A stretch of 64,000 nt of DNA from Bdellovibrionales bacterium. GTDB lineage: Bacteria; Bdellovibrionota; Bdellovibrionia; Bdellovibrionales; UBA1609. The stretch lies in assembly GCA_965261545.1 (NCBI GenBank), contig CBDHDF010000002.1, positions 736,001-800,000 on the forward strand. Reading direction: 5' to 3'. Position numbers and translations under genes: made by a program. Shown in pieces: positions 29,140 through 40,063 of this stretch; position 1 is the first letter of the stretch; every line of letters starts with the position of its first letter. The notes beneath the pieces are model-generated. The model did no database searches and was not told the origin of the DNA. It saw nothing but the letters and a program-made list of their open reading frames with translations.

Positions 29140-31482
29140 TTATTTCGAGGCATATCTTTGGTGTAAATCTATTCCCATCGCAAGGCTGTACTTGAGTTCG
29201 GCAAGTCGAACATTGGATTTTGCTTGGAGGAAGCTGAGTGTGGCTTGTTCACTGGCCAGTTGAAGGCGATAAATCTCAGAGCTACCCACAATTCCCAATT
29301 GGTAGCTTTGACTTACGGATTGGAGAGCTTGTTGTGCTTTCTTATGCCACTTTTGAATTTGCTCCAAGCGATAGAGACTTGAAGTGTAATTCGAAATACT
29401 TTCTCTGAGTTCTAGTTCTATATTTCGCTCCCATTGAAGTTGTTTCTTTTGAGCCGACTCAATATCTTTTTGGCTCGCTCTTTTGATATAGGTGGATGAA
29501 AATCCTGAAAATAAAGGAATCTTTGCCTTTAAAAAGAAAGATTTATTATTGGTCTGACTATCGCCAAGTTCATGGAAGGCTGTGCTTTTAAAGCCCCAAA
29601 GGGCTGTTAAGGAAAGTGAGGGTCGAGTTTCAGATAACCTGACTTTTTTTTGCTCTCTAGCTCTTTGGATTTGGATGTTGGCTTGCTGAAGTTCGGGTCT
29701 TTGCTGTTTGGCCACAATGAGCATGGAGTGGAGTTGGGAGGGATTGAAATCAGAAATAAGAGGTGTGGTCGTCTTATCATTAGTATTAGTATTCATATTC
29801 GTATTCGCACTGGCGTTTGCATTGGAATTATGATGATAAGTATGAGGCTTATCTAGGGACCACTGCACTTTTAAGGCTTCATGGGGTTTCATGTTTAAAT
29901 AAACTTTTATTTGATTGAGGAGAACGCTGTGATTTTCTTTAAGTTGGTCGATGCGTGGAATAAAAGACAGAGCTTCACCCTCTGCCTGTTGCAATTCGTA
30001 GATTTGAGCAATGCCTTTTTTATACCTCTTGCGAGTGAGCCTTAAAAATTTCTTTTGTGTTTTTTGAGATTTTTTAATAATATCTACTTGACCTTGAAGA
30101 CTTAAGAGTTGGATGACGTCTCCTATAATTTGAGCCACTTCTTTTTGTTGTAGGGCCACAAGCCTCCACTTGGATTCCCAGTGGTCCAGTTGTTTGACTT
30201 TGTACCCACTTCGGATACTTCCTCCCATGTAGATGGGTTGCTCCCATTGAAGTTCCCATGTATGGAGTTCTTGACGGGCGAAGCCTGAAAGATTGGGAAT
30301 TCCAAAGGCCGCTAGGGGAGAGTGGCTCTTTTGGAATTGGCTGGAGAGGGAAATCTCTGGCCACGTAAGGGATCTAGCCCAACGGACATTCCAAGAAGCC
30401 GCTTTCTCTTGGCTCTCTGCTGCCGCTATGGTGGGGTTGAATTCCAGAAAGCGTTCAATGAGCTGAGGGAGGTTGTAGGAAAAACTTTGGGATGGGCTTT
30501 CCGGGCTTTGTATCTTTTGGACAGTACTCAGGACCGTTTTTTGAATGGTATTCTTGGCCGTTCTCTGAAAGGTACTCTGAGCAGCCGCTTGGACAAGTGT
30601 TGGCCAGGTCCACATGGATAATATGGTGGTGAATAACAATATGGCCCATACAACCCCCATGATGAGGGTCATGATGGGGATGGATTCGTGGATGACTTTA
30701 AGGGCTTTGTGGATCATCGAGGATATTTCCTTGAATTCTTGTGGCTTTAACTGCTTAGTTTCTTCGTTCATGTAGAGAGTTCGATTGAGTTCCACTTGGA
30801 GAGCGTGCTGCCCTTTGGTGGGGTGTCCGTAGATTTGGGTGATGCGCCCCCCTTTGTAGGGCCAATTTGTAGCGACTTCAAACCCAGCTTTTTTATAGGC
30901 ATGGACCACAAGTTCTGTGTAATTGGGCTCACAACTGGTACCATCCACATCGCTGACCACCACTTGGGCTCGCCCTTGTCCTGGGTCTCTGTGGGCAGAA
31001 GTTCCCATGGATGGCATACTGTGGGCATCCAGTTGGTAGACCTTGGTGTGATTCTGAGCCTTAAGCTGTGCGTAACAATTTTGAATTTTGTGATGAAAGG
31101 GCCAGTAATAGTTTTGGACGATCCTTTGGTGGAGTTCCTTGGAAATGGGCTTTTTCATAAGCTTTTGTCCACGGGTTGTTTGTGACCAATGAAGGCCTGT
31201 GGTAAAGCTTCCCGATTTGTGGGGGGCACCAGTCACGGAGTCACTATCGATGTCGTCGGGGTGGCGATTGAGATCCACCGCATAGCGGTGCCACTGAGTC
31301 AAAACATGAGTGATATGAAGTTCTTCCATGGCTGGCTTGTAGAGGAGGTCTACAAAGCGATCTGCATCACACATGATCAGGGGTTCCTCCAGCCCTTGGA
31401 GCCAGGGGGCTTCTTTGGGAATTTCTTCTCCCGAGTGGGGCACAGAGATAAAAAATGGCTTTTTAGATTTTATAGGTTTCAT
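29140..31482 (-). CDS. N-formylglutamate amidohydrolase fused in frame to a TolC-family outer membrane efflux protein
   Basis: Residues 1-270 carry SVPHSG, DLNR, DAHSMPS, NWPYKGG and ALQVELNR. A hydrophobic signal-like stretch follows, then OEP repeats (NPTI, WPEISL, QRPEL, IPLFSG). Confidence 0.8.
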   Translation of the reverse strand: MKPIKSKKPFFISVPHSGEEIPKEAPWLQGLEEPLIMCDADRFVDLLYKPAMEELHITHVLTQWHRYAVDLNRHPDDIDSDSVTGAPHKSGSFTTGLHWSQTTRGQKLMKKPISKELHQRIVQNYYWPFHHKIQNCYAQLKAQNHTKVYQLDAHSMPSMGTSAHRDPGQGRAQVVVSDVDGTSCEPNYTELVVHAYKKAGFEVATNWPYKGGRITQIYGHPTKGQHALQVELNRTLYMNEETKQLKPQEFKEISSMIHKALKVIHESIPIMTLIMGVVWAILLFTTILSMWTWPTLVQAAAQSTFQRTAKNTIQKTVLSTVQKIQSPESPSQSFSYNLPQLIERFLEFNPTIAAAESQEKAASWNVRWARSLTWPEISLSSQFQKSHSPLAAFGIPNLSGFARQELHTWELQWEQPIYMGGSIRSGYKVKQLDHWESKWRLVALQQKEVAQIIGDVIQLLSLQGQVDIIKKSQKTQKKFLRLTRKRYKKGIAQIYELQQAEGEALSFIPRIDQLKENHSVLLNQIKVYLNMKPHEALKVQWSLDKPHTYHHNSNANASANTNMNTNTNDKTTTPLISDFNPSQLHSMLIVAKQQRPELQQANIQIQRAREQKKVRLSETRPSLSLTALWGFKSTAFHELGDSQTNNKSFFLKAKIPLFSGFSSTYIKRASQKDIESAQKKQLQWERNIELELRESISNYTSSLYRLEQIQKWHKKAQQALQSVSQSYQLGIVGSSEIYRLQLASEQATLSFLQAKSNVRLAELKYSLAMGIDLHQRYASK

Positions 31483-31587
31483 AGTTGCACTCTAGTAGGT
31501 ATCATTAACAGATCAACCGATCAACCATTCCACCTAACCATAGGCGTAGTTTCATCCACTGAGAAGAGAAGAGATAGATAGATAGCG

Positions 31588-32136
31588 ATGAAGATTTATA
31601 CCAAGCAGGGTGATGGGGGGCAGTCATCTCTTATAGGTGGTGAGCCTGTGCCTAAGTTCCATGAAAGGCTTCATGCCTATGGGAGTCTTGATGAACTCAA
31701 CTCTCTTTTGGGTGTAGTGCGATCTCAACTCACCGATTCAATGGTCGATGAAATGGATGGAGTGCTTTTGGTCATTCAAAACCACCTTTTTTCTCTAGGA
31801 AGTCACTTGGCTTGCGCTCATCCCAATTTTCGTGCAAAGTTACCTACCCTTGACTCCTGTGATGTGGCTTTCTTGGAGGAAGCCATTGACAAACATGAGG
31901 AGCAGCTTCCACCTATTCAGCAGTTTATTTTGCCAGGGGGACATGTGGTGGCCTCTCAAATGCATATGGCTCGCACGGTTTGTCGTCGTGCTGAAAGGGA
32001 AAGTACCAAGATAGAAGATGAAATGGTCTATAAATTTATTTTGCCGTACTTAAATCGATTGAGTGACTTGCTCTATGTTCTTGCAAGAAGGTGCAATAGT
32101 ATTGCAGGGCAAGAAGACATTTTTTGGAAGAAATAA
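31588..32136 (+). CDS. PduO-type cob(I)alamin adenosyltransferase
   Basis: KIYTKQGDGG, YGSLDELNS, FILPGG, RTVCRRAER and LNRLSD. Confidence 0.95.
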   Translation: MKIYTKQGDGGQSSLIGGEPVPKFHERLHAYGSLDELNSLLGVVRSQLTDSMVDEMDGVLLVIQNHLFSLGSHLACAHPNFRAKLPTLDSCDVAFLEEAIDKHEEQLPPIQQFILPGGHVVASQMHMARTVCRRAERESTKIEDEMVYKFILPYLNRLSDLLYVLARRCNSIAGQEDIFWKK

Positions 32137-32154
32137 AAAAATTGGAAGAAACCA

Positions 32155-33270
32155 TTGAAACTCATTAAAGCAACTTCGGAAGATAACCATAGACTTAGTG
32201 AGTATTTGAAGCACACACTTTTTCCCATGTCTGTGGATCTTTGTCTTCACCGTGACAATGATTTTTTTGCTCCCTATCGGTTGCAGTCCGATGATTTTTC
32301 TACATACTATCTCGTCGATGATCATGGAAATCCCCAGGGTATGGCCACCCTTATTTTTAAGCAAGGCTGGGTGGGGGGCAAGGGACCTCAAACCATTGGT
32401 TATCTCACCGACCTTCGTGTCTCTTCACAAAAAAAGGTAGCTCTCCAGTGGTATCAGCAGTTTTCTTCCACTTTAAAGGTGGTGTGTGAAGAGAGGAATT
32501 GTCAGTCTATTTTTTCTGTGGTGCCTCGTCACCATTTGCGAGCTTACAATGCCTTTATTAGCCCTCGTCCCAACAAAAGGCAGTTTCCAAGGTATTATTT
32601 AGTTCGTCATTTGCAATTTATTGTGGTCCATGGAGTTGTTCCCTTTGCCCCAGCTCCTTTAAAGGGGATCACCCTCCGTTCGGCCATTCAGGGGGACCGC
32701 AATGCTCTTGTGGACTATATGGCTGGCCATCGAGTGAATCGACCCATTACTTTTGCCTCTACAAAGAATGATGTGGGTGATTTGATTCAGCGTTGGAAAA
32801 ATCTCTCCATTGAAGATTTTATTGTAGCTTTTGATGCCAAGGGTGATATTGTGGGTTGCACGGCTCCCTGGCGTCCTTCAGATATTCAAAAATACTATGT
32901 GAGGGCTTATTCTTCCAAAGCGAAGACTTTGCGAACAGTCTTTAATTTTTTTTCTTATCTTGGAGTCACTCACTCTCTTCCTCCATCGGGAAGTTTTTTT
33001 AACCCCGTTTATCTCACCCATTTGTGTGCCAATAATTCAGATATATTCTACAGTCTTGTTTATTACGTTTTTAAAAGAATATCGAAAATTGAATTCTTGG
33101 CTTACTATCATTTTCAAGGGTATTTGACGACGCTTCCCCCCCATTTTTTGATCTACTCATCCATTCCATGTGGTTTGTACTGTGTGGTTCCATGGGATAT
33201 CCAAGTTCCTGACTTTGTGAGACCTCGTCCCTTTGAGGCGCCCCCTGATTTTGAAGCGGCTTTTTTCTAA
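32155..33270 (+). CDS. Hypothetical protein, possible GNAT-like fold
   Basis: Long ORF in the operon; the IGYLTDLRV segment is reminiscent of GNAT-like proteins. Confidence 0.5.
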   Translation: MKLIKATSEDNHRLSEYLKHTLFPMSVDLCLHRDNDFFAPYRLQSDDFSTYYLVDDHGNPQGMATLIFKQGWVGGKGPQTIGYLTDLRVSSQKKVALQWYQQFSSTLKVVCEERNCQSIFSVVPRHHLRAYNAFISPRPNKRQFPRYYLVRHLQFIVVHGVVPFAPAPLKGITLRSAIQGDRNALVDYMAGHRVNRPITFASTKNDVGDLIQRWKNLSIEDFIVAFDAKGDIVGCTAPWRPSDIQKYYVRAYSSKAKTLRTVFNFFSYLGVTHSLPPSGSFFNPVYLTHLCANNSDIFYSLVYYVFKRISKIEFLAYYHFQGYLTTLPPHFLIYSSIPCGLYCVVPWDIQVPDFVRPRPFEAPPDFEAAFF

Positions 33271-33585
33271 TATCTATCTATCTATATATAGATATAGCAT
33301 TTAGGTACTTTAGTATTTCATAGTACTTTTATAGTGGGTCATTCACAGCTTTTCATGGCATTTGTCGACTTAGCGCATTAGGGGTGGAGGCATAAAACCA
33401 CATGGGTTTCATTTCTTGTTTGAAAAATCATCCTGCTAAATGTTAGATATAGGTATACGAAGTGATAAGTCGCAGTGGTAAGCATAGGCATTATGTATTA
33501 ATGTTATGATTAAATACCATATATTTAGATACTATGTATTATATGTATTAATTGAGTGGAATCTTATAAATTAGGAATATCCTAG

Positions 33586-34140
33586 ATGAATATGGATGAT
33601 ATAGGGAAAAGGCTATTGGCGGTCGTGTTGGGTGCTGTGGTTTTGTTGGGTGGGCTGTCCCTGCTTATTTATGTGGTGGCCAATAATACATTGGTGGTGG
33701 GCTATAACAAAGGGTATATGCCTGACCAACCCCTTCCCTTCTCCCATGAACTCCATGCAGGTCAGTACAAAATGGATTGCAGATATTGCCACACAGGGGT
33801 CGAGAGCACCCGTCACGCTACGGTGCCTAGTCTCAATATTTGTATGAATTGCCACACGGTTATTGGTGCCAATGGGAGCCAAGCCATTGCCAAGCTTCGC
33901 GAAGCTTACGAAAAAGGGAATCCTATTCAATGGAAAAAGGTGCATCTTCTCCCCGATCATGTCAAATTCAGTCATTCGCCCCATATTCTTGCTGGTAAGG
34001 ATTGTAAGGAGTGTCATGGTCCCGTGGAAACCATGTCCACTGTTTATCAATTTGAAAGTTTATCCATGGGTTGGTGTGTGAATTGCCACCGTGAACCTGA
34101 AAATAAGGCTTCAACAAACTGTTCCACATGTCATTATTGA
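33586..34140 (+). CDS. actA: Alternative complex III pentaheme cytochrome c ActA
   Basis: One TM helix, QPLPFSH and five CxxCH motifs. Confidence 0.9.
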   Translation: MNMDDIGKRLLAVVLGAVVLLGGLSLLIYVVANNTLVVGYNKGYMPDQPLPFSHELHAGQYKMDCRYCHTGVESTRHATVPSLNICMNCHTVIGANGSQAIAKLREAYEKGNPIQWKKVHLLPDHVKFSHSPHILAGKDCKECHGPVETMSTVYQFESLSMGWCVNCHREPENKASTNCSTCHY

Positions 34141-34156
34141 ATTGAGGTTAGGGGCT

Positions 34157-37100
34157 ATGAAGAAAAATTCAAAATATTGGTTGAGTTTAGAGCAGTGGGC
34201 CAAGGATCCTGAGTTTCAAAAACTGGCTGAAAATGAATTTATGTCCAGTCCTTTTTTTGGAAGTGAGGAAAGAGAAAAAAAAGGAGAAGGAGAGGAAAGC
34301 GAAGGGGGAACGGCAAGGCGCACCTTTCTCAAGCTTATGGGGGCCAGTATGGCCTTAAGCTCCTTTGGCTGTATTCGTCGTCCGGCGCAGAAAATTGTTC
34401 CCTATGTGAATCGTCCCACCGACCTAGTGCTTGGTGTGGCCAACCACTACGCCTCTTCCTTTACAGATGGCTTTGAAGGTTTTGGAATCCTTGTCACCAC
34501 CCGGGAGGGGCGCCCCATTAAAATTGAGGGCAACCCGGATCACCCCATGAACCGAGGGGGTTTGTCCGCCCGTGCCCATGCCCATTTACTTAGCCTTTAT
34601 GATCCAGAGAGGTTGTCGGGCCCCAGGCAAAATCTTCTCAATGAGGGGCGCACCAACCGAGATACCATTCGTATTCCATGGGGCAAAGCCGATCAAGTGA
34701 TTCAAAAGCAATTGGCCCGTGGAGGAGTGGCTCTTCTCACAGGTCGTATATCTTCCCCCTCCACTCAAAAACTCATAGGGGAGTTTTTGAGTCATATGGA
34801 TATGGGTCGTGGGAGTGCAACCCATCATAGTGGCTCCAAGAAACATCCCACCCTAAGTGGTCATTACGCTTGGGAGCCTGTGACTTTTGACAATCATCTT
34901 CAGGCCAGTGAGAAATGCTATGGTCAACCCGTGGTGGCAAGGCTCGCTTTGGACAAGGCCGATTGCATTGTTTCTGTGGATGCCGACTTTTTGGGAACTT
35001 ACCTTTCCCCCACGGAGTTCAGCCGCGATTTTTCCCGCGGTCGTAGAAAGCTTGAGCGAGGTATGAATCGCTTGGTGGTTTTTGAGTCTTTAATGTCGCT
35101 TACAGGTTCCAATGCCGATGAAAGATTTCAAATCAAGCCCTCCCAGCAGTTGGATGTCCTCATGGGGCTTGCCTATGAAATTGTGGTCACGCAGGGACGA
35201 TCTTCCTATGCCAAGGATCCCATAGTTCAGAAAGTGCTTCAGGCTTACAGCGGTGTGGGTCATAGCCTTGATCTTGGGAAAAACTCACTCTCCTCTGTGG
35301 CTCAATCTCTTTGGAAGCACCGAGGAAAAAGCCTTGTTCTCGCTGGAGGGTTGTGCACTCAAGGAGGAGTGGAAGTTCAAGTAGCTGTGAATTTTTTAAA
35401 CTCCATTCTTGAAAATGAAGGGCAAACCGTGGACGGGAGCCACCGCCCCTATGCAGGTCTTTCATCTCACACGGAGGGTCTTAAATCTCTTGTGGAAGAA
35501 ATCCATCGGGGAAATGTGAAAACTCTTGTTATTCATGGCACAAATCCCATTTATGGGGCCCCTGACAATATGGGTTTTCGTGAGGCTCTCAAAAAGGTCG
35601 AAATGGTGATTTATACCGGAGATCGTGTGGATGAGACCGGGGGTATGGCTCACTATATTCTCCCCGACCATCATCCCATGGAAAACTGGGGGGATGCAGA
35701 GTTTCAAAAGGGTGTTTACAGTATTCAACAACCGACAATTCGTCCTATGAATGACACTCGTGCCTTTCAAGATAGTTTGCTCAAATGGATGGGGCGTGAA
35801 ACGACTTGGTACGATTTCTTAAAATCCCACTGGGAAAAGTTATTTTTAACGGTGGGAACTTTTTCCCAACTCTCTTCGTCTTCTTCTTTGGGAATCAATG
35901 AAAAGCCTTGGGTTTCCTTTTTGAAAAAAGGGGTTTGGATGAGAGGGGGGCAAGACTCCTCCCTCTTCCCTTCTGCTTCCTCTCTTTCAGGCAAAGGCAA
36001 AGGGGTAAGGAGCTTTTCTACTTTGGCCTTAGAGCAGCTTCTCACTTACAGCAAAACTCGCATTGGTGCGGGTCGTTCCCATGGCTCCAAAAATAAAGGT
36101 TGGTATAAAGGTGCCAGAGGTCGAGGAGGCGAGGGTTTGGAACTCGCTCTTTACACAAATTCAGGATTGAGGGATGGGAGTATGGCCAATGTTTCTTGGC
36201 TCCATGAGTTTCCTGATCCCGTCACAAAAATCTGTTGGGATAATTATGCCACCGTTTCTGTGGGATTCGCCCATGAAAAAAATCTTCGAGAAGGGGACAT
36301 GGTGCAGTTGAAAGTCAAAGGCCGTGATCCTGTGGAGGTCCCCGTTCACATTCAGCCGGGACAGCATGACTCTGTGGTGGGTTTGGCCTTGGGTTACGGG
36401 CGTTGGGCGGCTGGGGCTGTGGCCAATGGCGTGGGGGTTCGGGCCTATGGTCTTGTGGGTTACGAGGAAAAACATGGGCTCAGTATTTTTGCGGGTCAGC
36501 CGGTAGAAATCAAGAAAATACATGGTCATGTGGCTTTGGCGGGGACCCAAGGTCATCATAGTATGGAGGGGCGTCAGATTGTTGTTGAGGCCACTCTTGA
36601 TGAGTACAAGAAAAATCCAGGGGCTCGCATTCACCGCCACAAGACCTTTAGTTTATGGAGTGGTCACGAATACAAGGGGCACAAATGGGCTATGTCTGTG
36701 GATCTCAATTCATGCACAGGTTGTGGGGCTTGCATGGTTGCCTGCCAAGCCGAAAACAATATTCCCACAGTTGGCAAAAAGCACCTTCTCAATGGTCGTG
36801 AGATGCATTGGATACGTGTGGATCGGTATTATGTGGGACCTCCGAAGAACCCTGACACTGTTCATATGCCCGTGATGTGTCAGCATTGTGACAATGCTCC
36901 CTGTGAGACGGTGTGTCCTGTTGCGGCGACGGTTCACGGTGATGAAGGCACTAACGATATGATTTACAATCGCTGTGTTGGAACTCGCTACTGTGCCAAT
37001 AATTGCCCCTACAAAGTGAGACGCTTTAATTGGTTTAAGTACAACGATATTCCCTCACCTTTGAATTTAGCTCTCAACCCCGAGGTGACGGTGCGGTCCC

Positions 37101-37447
37101 GTGGTGTTATGGAAAAGTGCACTTTTTGCAATCATCGCATTAAAGATGTCAAACATAGAGCCCGCCTGGAAGGTCGACGGAAGGTGCAAGACGGAGAAAT
37201 TCAAGTGGCTTGTGAACAAAGTTGCCCCTCCCAGGCCATTGTCTTTGGTGATATGAATGACCCTCACTCAAAGGTGAGCCAAGAACACAAGAAAGCCAAC
37301 TCTTACACTCTTCTGGAAGAACTTAACAACGTGCCTGCTGTGCGCTATCGCTCTAAAATTCGCAACACAGGTCAACTCAAGTCGGGGGTCCACGATGGGG
37401 GCCACGGCGAGGGGCACAGTGAACAGGGGGGAGATCAGCACTCATGA
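34157..37447 (+). CDS. actB: Alternative complex III subunit ActB (molybdopterin oxidoreductase-like plus Fe-S)
   Basis: Tat signal [20 protein letters not shown] and 4Fe-4S motifs [31 protein letters not shown]. Confidence 0.93.
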   Translation: MKKNSKYWLSLEQWAKDPEFQKLAENEFMSSPFFGSEEREKKGEGEESEGGTARRTFLKLMGASMALSSFGCIRRPAQKIVPYVNRPTDLVLGVANHYASSFTDGFEGFGILVTTREGRPIKIEGNPDHPMNRGGLSARAHAHLLSLYDPERLSGPRQNLLNEGRTNRDTIRIPWGKADQVIQKQLARGGVALLTGRISSPSTQKLIGEFLSHMDMGRGSATHHSGSKKHPTLSGHYAWEPVTFDNHLQASEKCYGQPVVARLALDKADCIVSVDADFLGTYLSPTEFSRDFSRGRRKLERGMNRLVVFESLMSLTGSNADERFQIKPSQQLDVLMGLAYEIVVTQGRSSYAKDPIVQKVLQAYSGVGHSLDLGKNSLSSVAQSLWKHRGKSLVLAGGLCTQGGVEVQVAVNFLNSILENEGQTVDGSHRPYAGLSSHTEGLKSLVEEIHRGNVKTLVIHGTNPIYGAPDNMGFREALKKVEMVIYTGDRVDETGGMAHYILPDHHPMENWGDAEFQKGVYSIQQPTIRPMNDTRAFQDSLLKWMGRETTWYDFLKSHWEKLFLTVGTFSQLSSSSSLGINEKPWVSFLKKGVWMRGGQDSSLFPSASSLSGKGKGVRSFSTLALEQLLTYSKTRIGAGRSHGSKNKGWYKGARGRGGEGLELALYTNSGLRDGSMANVSWLHEFPDPVTKICWDNYATVSVGFAHEKNLREGDMVQLKVKGRDPVEVPVHIQPGQHDSVVGLALGYGRWAAGAVANGVGVRAYGLVGYEEKHGLSIFAGQPVEIKKIHGHVALAGTQGHHSMEGRQIVVEATLDEYKKNPGARIHRHKTFSLWSGHEYKGHKWAMSVDLNSCTGCGACMVACQAENNIPTVGKKHLLNGREMHWIRVDRYYVGPPKNPDTVHMPVMCQHCDNAPCETVCPVAATVHGDEGTNDMIYNRCVGTRYCANNCPYKVRRFNWFKYNDIPSPLNLALNPEVTVRSRGVMEKCTFCNHRIKDVKHRARLEGRRKVQDGEIQVACEQSCPSQAIVFGDMNDPHSKVSQEHKKANSYTLLEELNNVPAVRYRSKIRNTGQLKSGVHDGGHGEGHSEQGGDQHS

Positions 37448-38799
37448 TCAAACGCGAACCTCTCGTTCTTGGCAATAAAACCTACAAAGATATCACTGAT
37501 GATATTTGTGGTCTCCTAGAGAAAGTTCCTGGGCTGTCCTATTTTGGAGTTCTTCTGGGAATTAAGGGGCTTTATCTCTTTTACCTTTTTGTTCTTGGTT
37601 GCATTGTGGCCACGGGCATGGGCTTAATGGGTGTCAACAACCCCGTGGCCTGGGGAACAGATATTATCACCTTTGTTTTTTGGATTGGCATTGGCCATGC
37701 TGGGACTTTGATTTCGGCCATTTTGTTTCTCTTTCGCCAAAAATGGCGAACATCCATTGCGCGAACGGCGGAGGCCATGACTGTATTTGCTGTGATGACA
37801 GCGGGTATTTTCCCCATTGTTCATACGGGTCGTCCTTGGCTTGCCTATTGGTTGCTTCCCTACCCAAACCAACGAGGTCCCCTTTGGGTCAATTTTAGAT
37901 CTCCTCTTGTGTGGGACGTCTTTGCCGTTTCCACCTATGCCATGGTCTCCATGGTTTTTTGGTATATTGGAATGATTCCCGACCTGGCCACCATTCGCGA
38001 CCGCTCCACGGGCCTAAGGAAAACGATATATGGAACTCTTTCCCTGGGGTGGCGTGGAACAGCTCGCAACTGGAATCACTACGAAATGGTCTATATGCTT
38101 TTGGCAGGTTTATCGACTCCCTTGGTTTTATCCGTTCACAGTATTGTCTCCTTTGACTTTGCTGTGGCTCAACTGCCAGGGTGGCATACAACTATTTTTC
38201 CACCTTATTTTGTAGCTGGGGCTATTTTTTCAGGTTTTGGTATGGTGGTCACTTTGATGACCTTGGTGAGAATTCTCGTTCCCAAGTTCAAAGACTATAT
38301 CACCATCAACCACATGGAAGCCATGAACAAGATCATTATGATGACGGCTTTGATGGTGGGTTATGCCTATGGATCTGAGTTTTTTATCGCTTGGTACTCA
38401 GGTTCTCCCTATGAAGGGTTTGTATTTTTAAATAGAGCTTTTGGTCCCTATGGTTGGTCCTATTGGATTATGGTTTCCTGCAATGTATTTATTCCCCAGT
38501 TTTTTTGGTTTAAGTACTGTCGCAGAAGTATTCCCATCATGTTTATCATTTCTATTTTTGTGAACATTGGGATGTGGTTTGAGCGCTATGTGATTGTGGT
38601 TACCTCTTTGCATAGGGATTTTCTCACTTCCAGTTGGGGGATTTTCGATTTGACCTTCTTTGACCTTGGGGCTATTTTTGGAAGTTTCGGAATGTTTTTA
38701 TTTTTGTTTATGCTTTATATCCGTACGCTTCCAGCTATTTCCATTGCCGAGGTCAAACCTGTGCTTCATGTTGGTAAGGAGGATCGGCACCATGGCTAG
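37444..38799 (+). CDS. actC: Alternative complex III subunit ActC (NrfD/PsrC family)
   Basis: [25 protein letters not shown] and [14 protein letters not shown]. Confidence 0.95.
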   Translation: MIKREPLVLGNKTYKDITDDICGLLEKVPGLSYFGVLLGIKGLYLFYLFVLGCIVATGMGLMGVNNPVAWGTDIITFVFWIGIGHAGTLISAILFLFRQKWRTSIARTAEAMTVFAVMTAGIFPIVHTGRPWLAYWLLPYPNQRGPLWVNFRSPLVWDVFAVSTYAMVSMVFWYIGMIPDLATIRDRSTGLRKTIYGTLSLGWRGTARNWNHYEMVYMLLAGLSTPLVLSVHSIVSFDFAVAQLPGWHTTIFPPYFVAGAIFSGFGMVVTLMTLVRILVPKFKDYITINHMEAMNKIIMMTALMVGYAYGSEFFIAWYSGSPYEGFVFLNRAFGPYGWSYWIMVSCNVFIPQFFWFKYCRRSIPIMFIISIFVNIGMWFERYVIVVTSLHRDFLTSSWGIFDLTFFDLGAIFGSFGMFLFLFMLYIRTLPAISIAEVKPVLHVGKEDRHHG

Positions 38800-39337
38800 T
38801 TTGTATGACATGATAAGAACAAAGGGGCGTCCAGGTGTGGCCGGCATTTGGTCCGATGAACATAAGATGGTGGAAGCCGCTCGGCAGACCCGTAGGGCGG
38901 GCTTTAAGAAATTCAATGCCATTAGTCCCTTTCCCCTTCATGGAATTGATGAAGCCATGGATATTAAGGTGTCCTGGATTCCTTGGGTTACTTTTGTCAT
39001 GGGCCTTGTGGGCTGTCTTTTTGGCCTGTGGTTTACTTGGTGGACTTCCGCCGTGGACTGGCCCTTGGTTATTGGTGGAAAACCCCTATGGTCCTTGCCT
39101 GCTTTTATCCCCATTATTTTTGAGTTGACGATTCTTTTTGCGGCCCTGAGTTCCGTGGGGGCCTTGTTTTTTATTTGTGGCATGCCCGCTGTGGACCCAC
39201 CCATTATTGACCCAGCGTTGACCTGTCATAAGTTTGCCTTGTTTGTGCCAAAAAATGATGTGAACTTTGATCAGGCAAGAGTGGAAGCTCTATTCAAGGA
39301 ACTTGGGGCCGAAGAAGTACGCCAAACAGAGTTTTGA
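38792..39337 (+). CDS. actD: Alternative complex III subunit ActD (DUF3341)
   Basis: [16 protein letters not shown] and [11 protein letters not shown]. Confidence 0.9.
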   Translation: MASLYDMIRTKGRPGVAGIWSDEHKMVEAARQTRRAGFKKFNAISPFPLHGIDEAMDIKVSWIPWVTFVMGLVGCLFGLWFTWWTSAVDWPLVIGGKPLWSLPAFIPIIFELTILFAALSSVGALFFICGMPAVDPPIIDPALTCHKFALFVPKNDVNFDQARVEALFKELGAEEVRQTEF

Positions 39338-39434
39338 ACTTTATAGGGAGCTTTAGGGTGTGTTCATATTAAAGCAAGACAATGATGGCAACTCCATTTT
39401 CGGATGGCAGAGTTTTAGTTGAGGGAATTTTAGA

Positions 39435-40037
39435 ATGTTAATATTTCGGATGTCAGTATTGACTATGTTGTTATTGAGGCTGTCAGCATTCTTAGTGGTG
39501 ATCTGTGGGTTGGTGGGTCTTATGGCCTGCAATGGTGGAAAAAATCAAACAAATATTGAACTCATTCAAAATATGATGGATCAAAGGTCCATCAAAGCCC
39601 AAGACTGGGACCCCCAGCACCCCAATAAGGCCATGATGCTTCTTCCCCCAGAGAATACCATACCTAGAAATAAAACACCCTATCCCTACCACTTGGATTA
39701 TCAATCCGCAGAAAAGAACTTGAAAAACCCCTACGCAGGGGACAACACTCCCGATATTCTCATAGAGGGGAAGAAGTATTTTGGCATTTACTGTGCTGTT
39801 TGCCATGGTTCCAAGGGAGCGGGAGATGGTCCTGTGGCAGAAAAAATGGCCGCCATACGCCGTCCTCCTTCATTGTTGTCCCAGCAAGTGAGGGATTATT
39901 CGGATGCAAGACTTTTTCACATTATAACAGATGGTCAGGGGTTGATGTCGGGTTATGCTTCACAAATAAGCGACGAGAAAAAACGTTGGACCATTGTCAA
40001 TTACTTGCGAACTCTCCAGAAGTCGTCGAGTCCATAG
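39435..40037 (+). CDS. actE: Alternative complex III monoheme cytochrome c lipoprotein ActE
   Basis: Lipobox LMAC, a single CAVCH and ITDGQGLM...RWTIVNYLR. Confidence 0.9.
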   Translation: MLIFRMSVLTMLLLRLSAFLVVICGLVGLMACNGGKNQTNIELIQNMMDQRSIKAQDWDPQHPNKAMMLLPPENTIPRNKTPYPYHLDYQSAEKNLKNPYAGDNTPDILIEGKKYFGIYCAVCHGSKGAGDGPVAEKMAAIRRPPSLLSQQVRDYSDARLFHIITDGQGLMSGYASQISDEKKRWTIVNYLRTLQKSSSP

Positions 40038-40063
40038 GTAAAAAAGAGGAAAAAGAGGATTTT

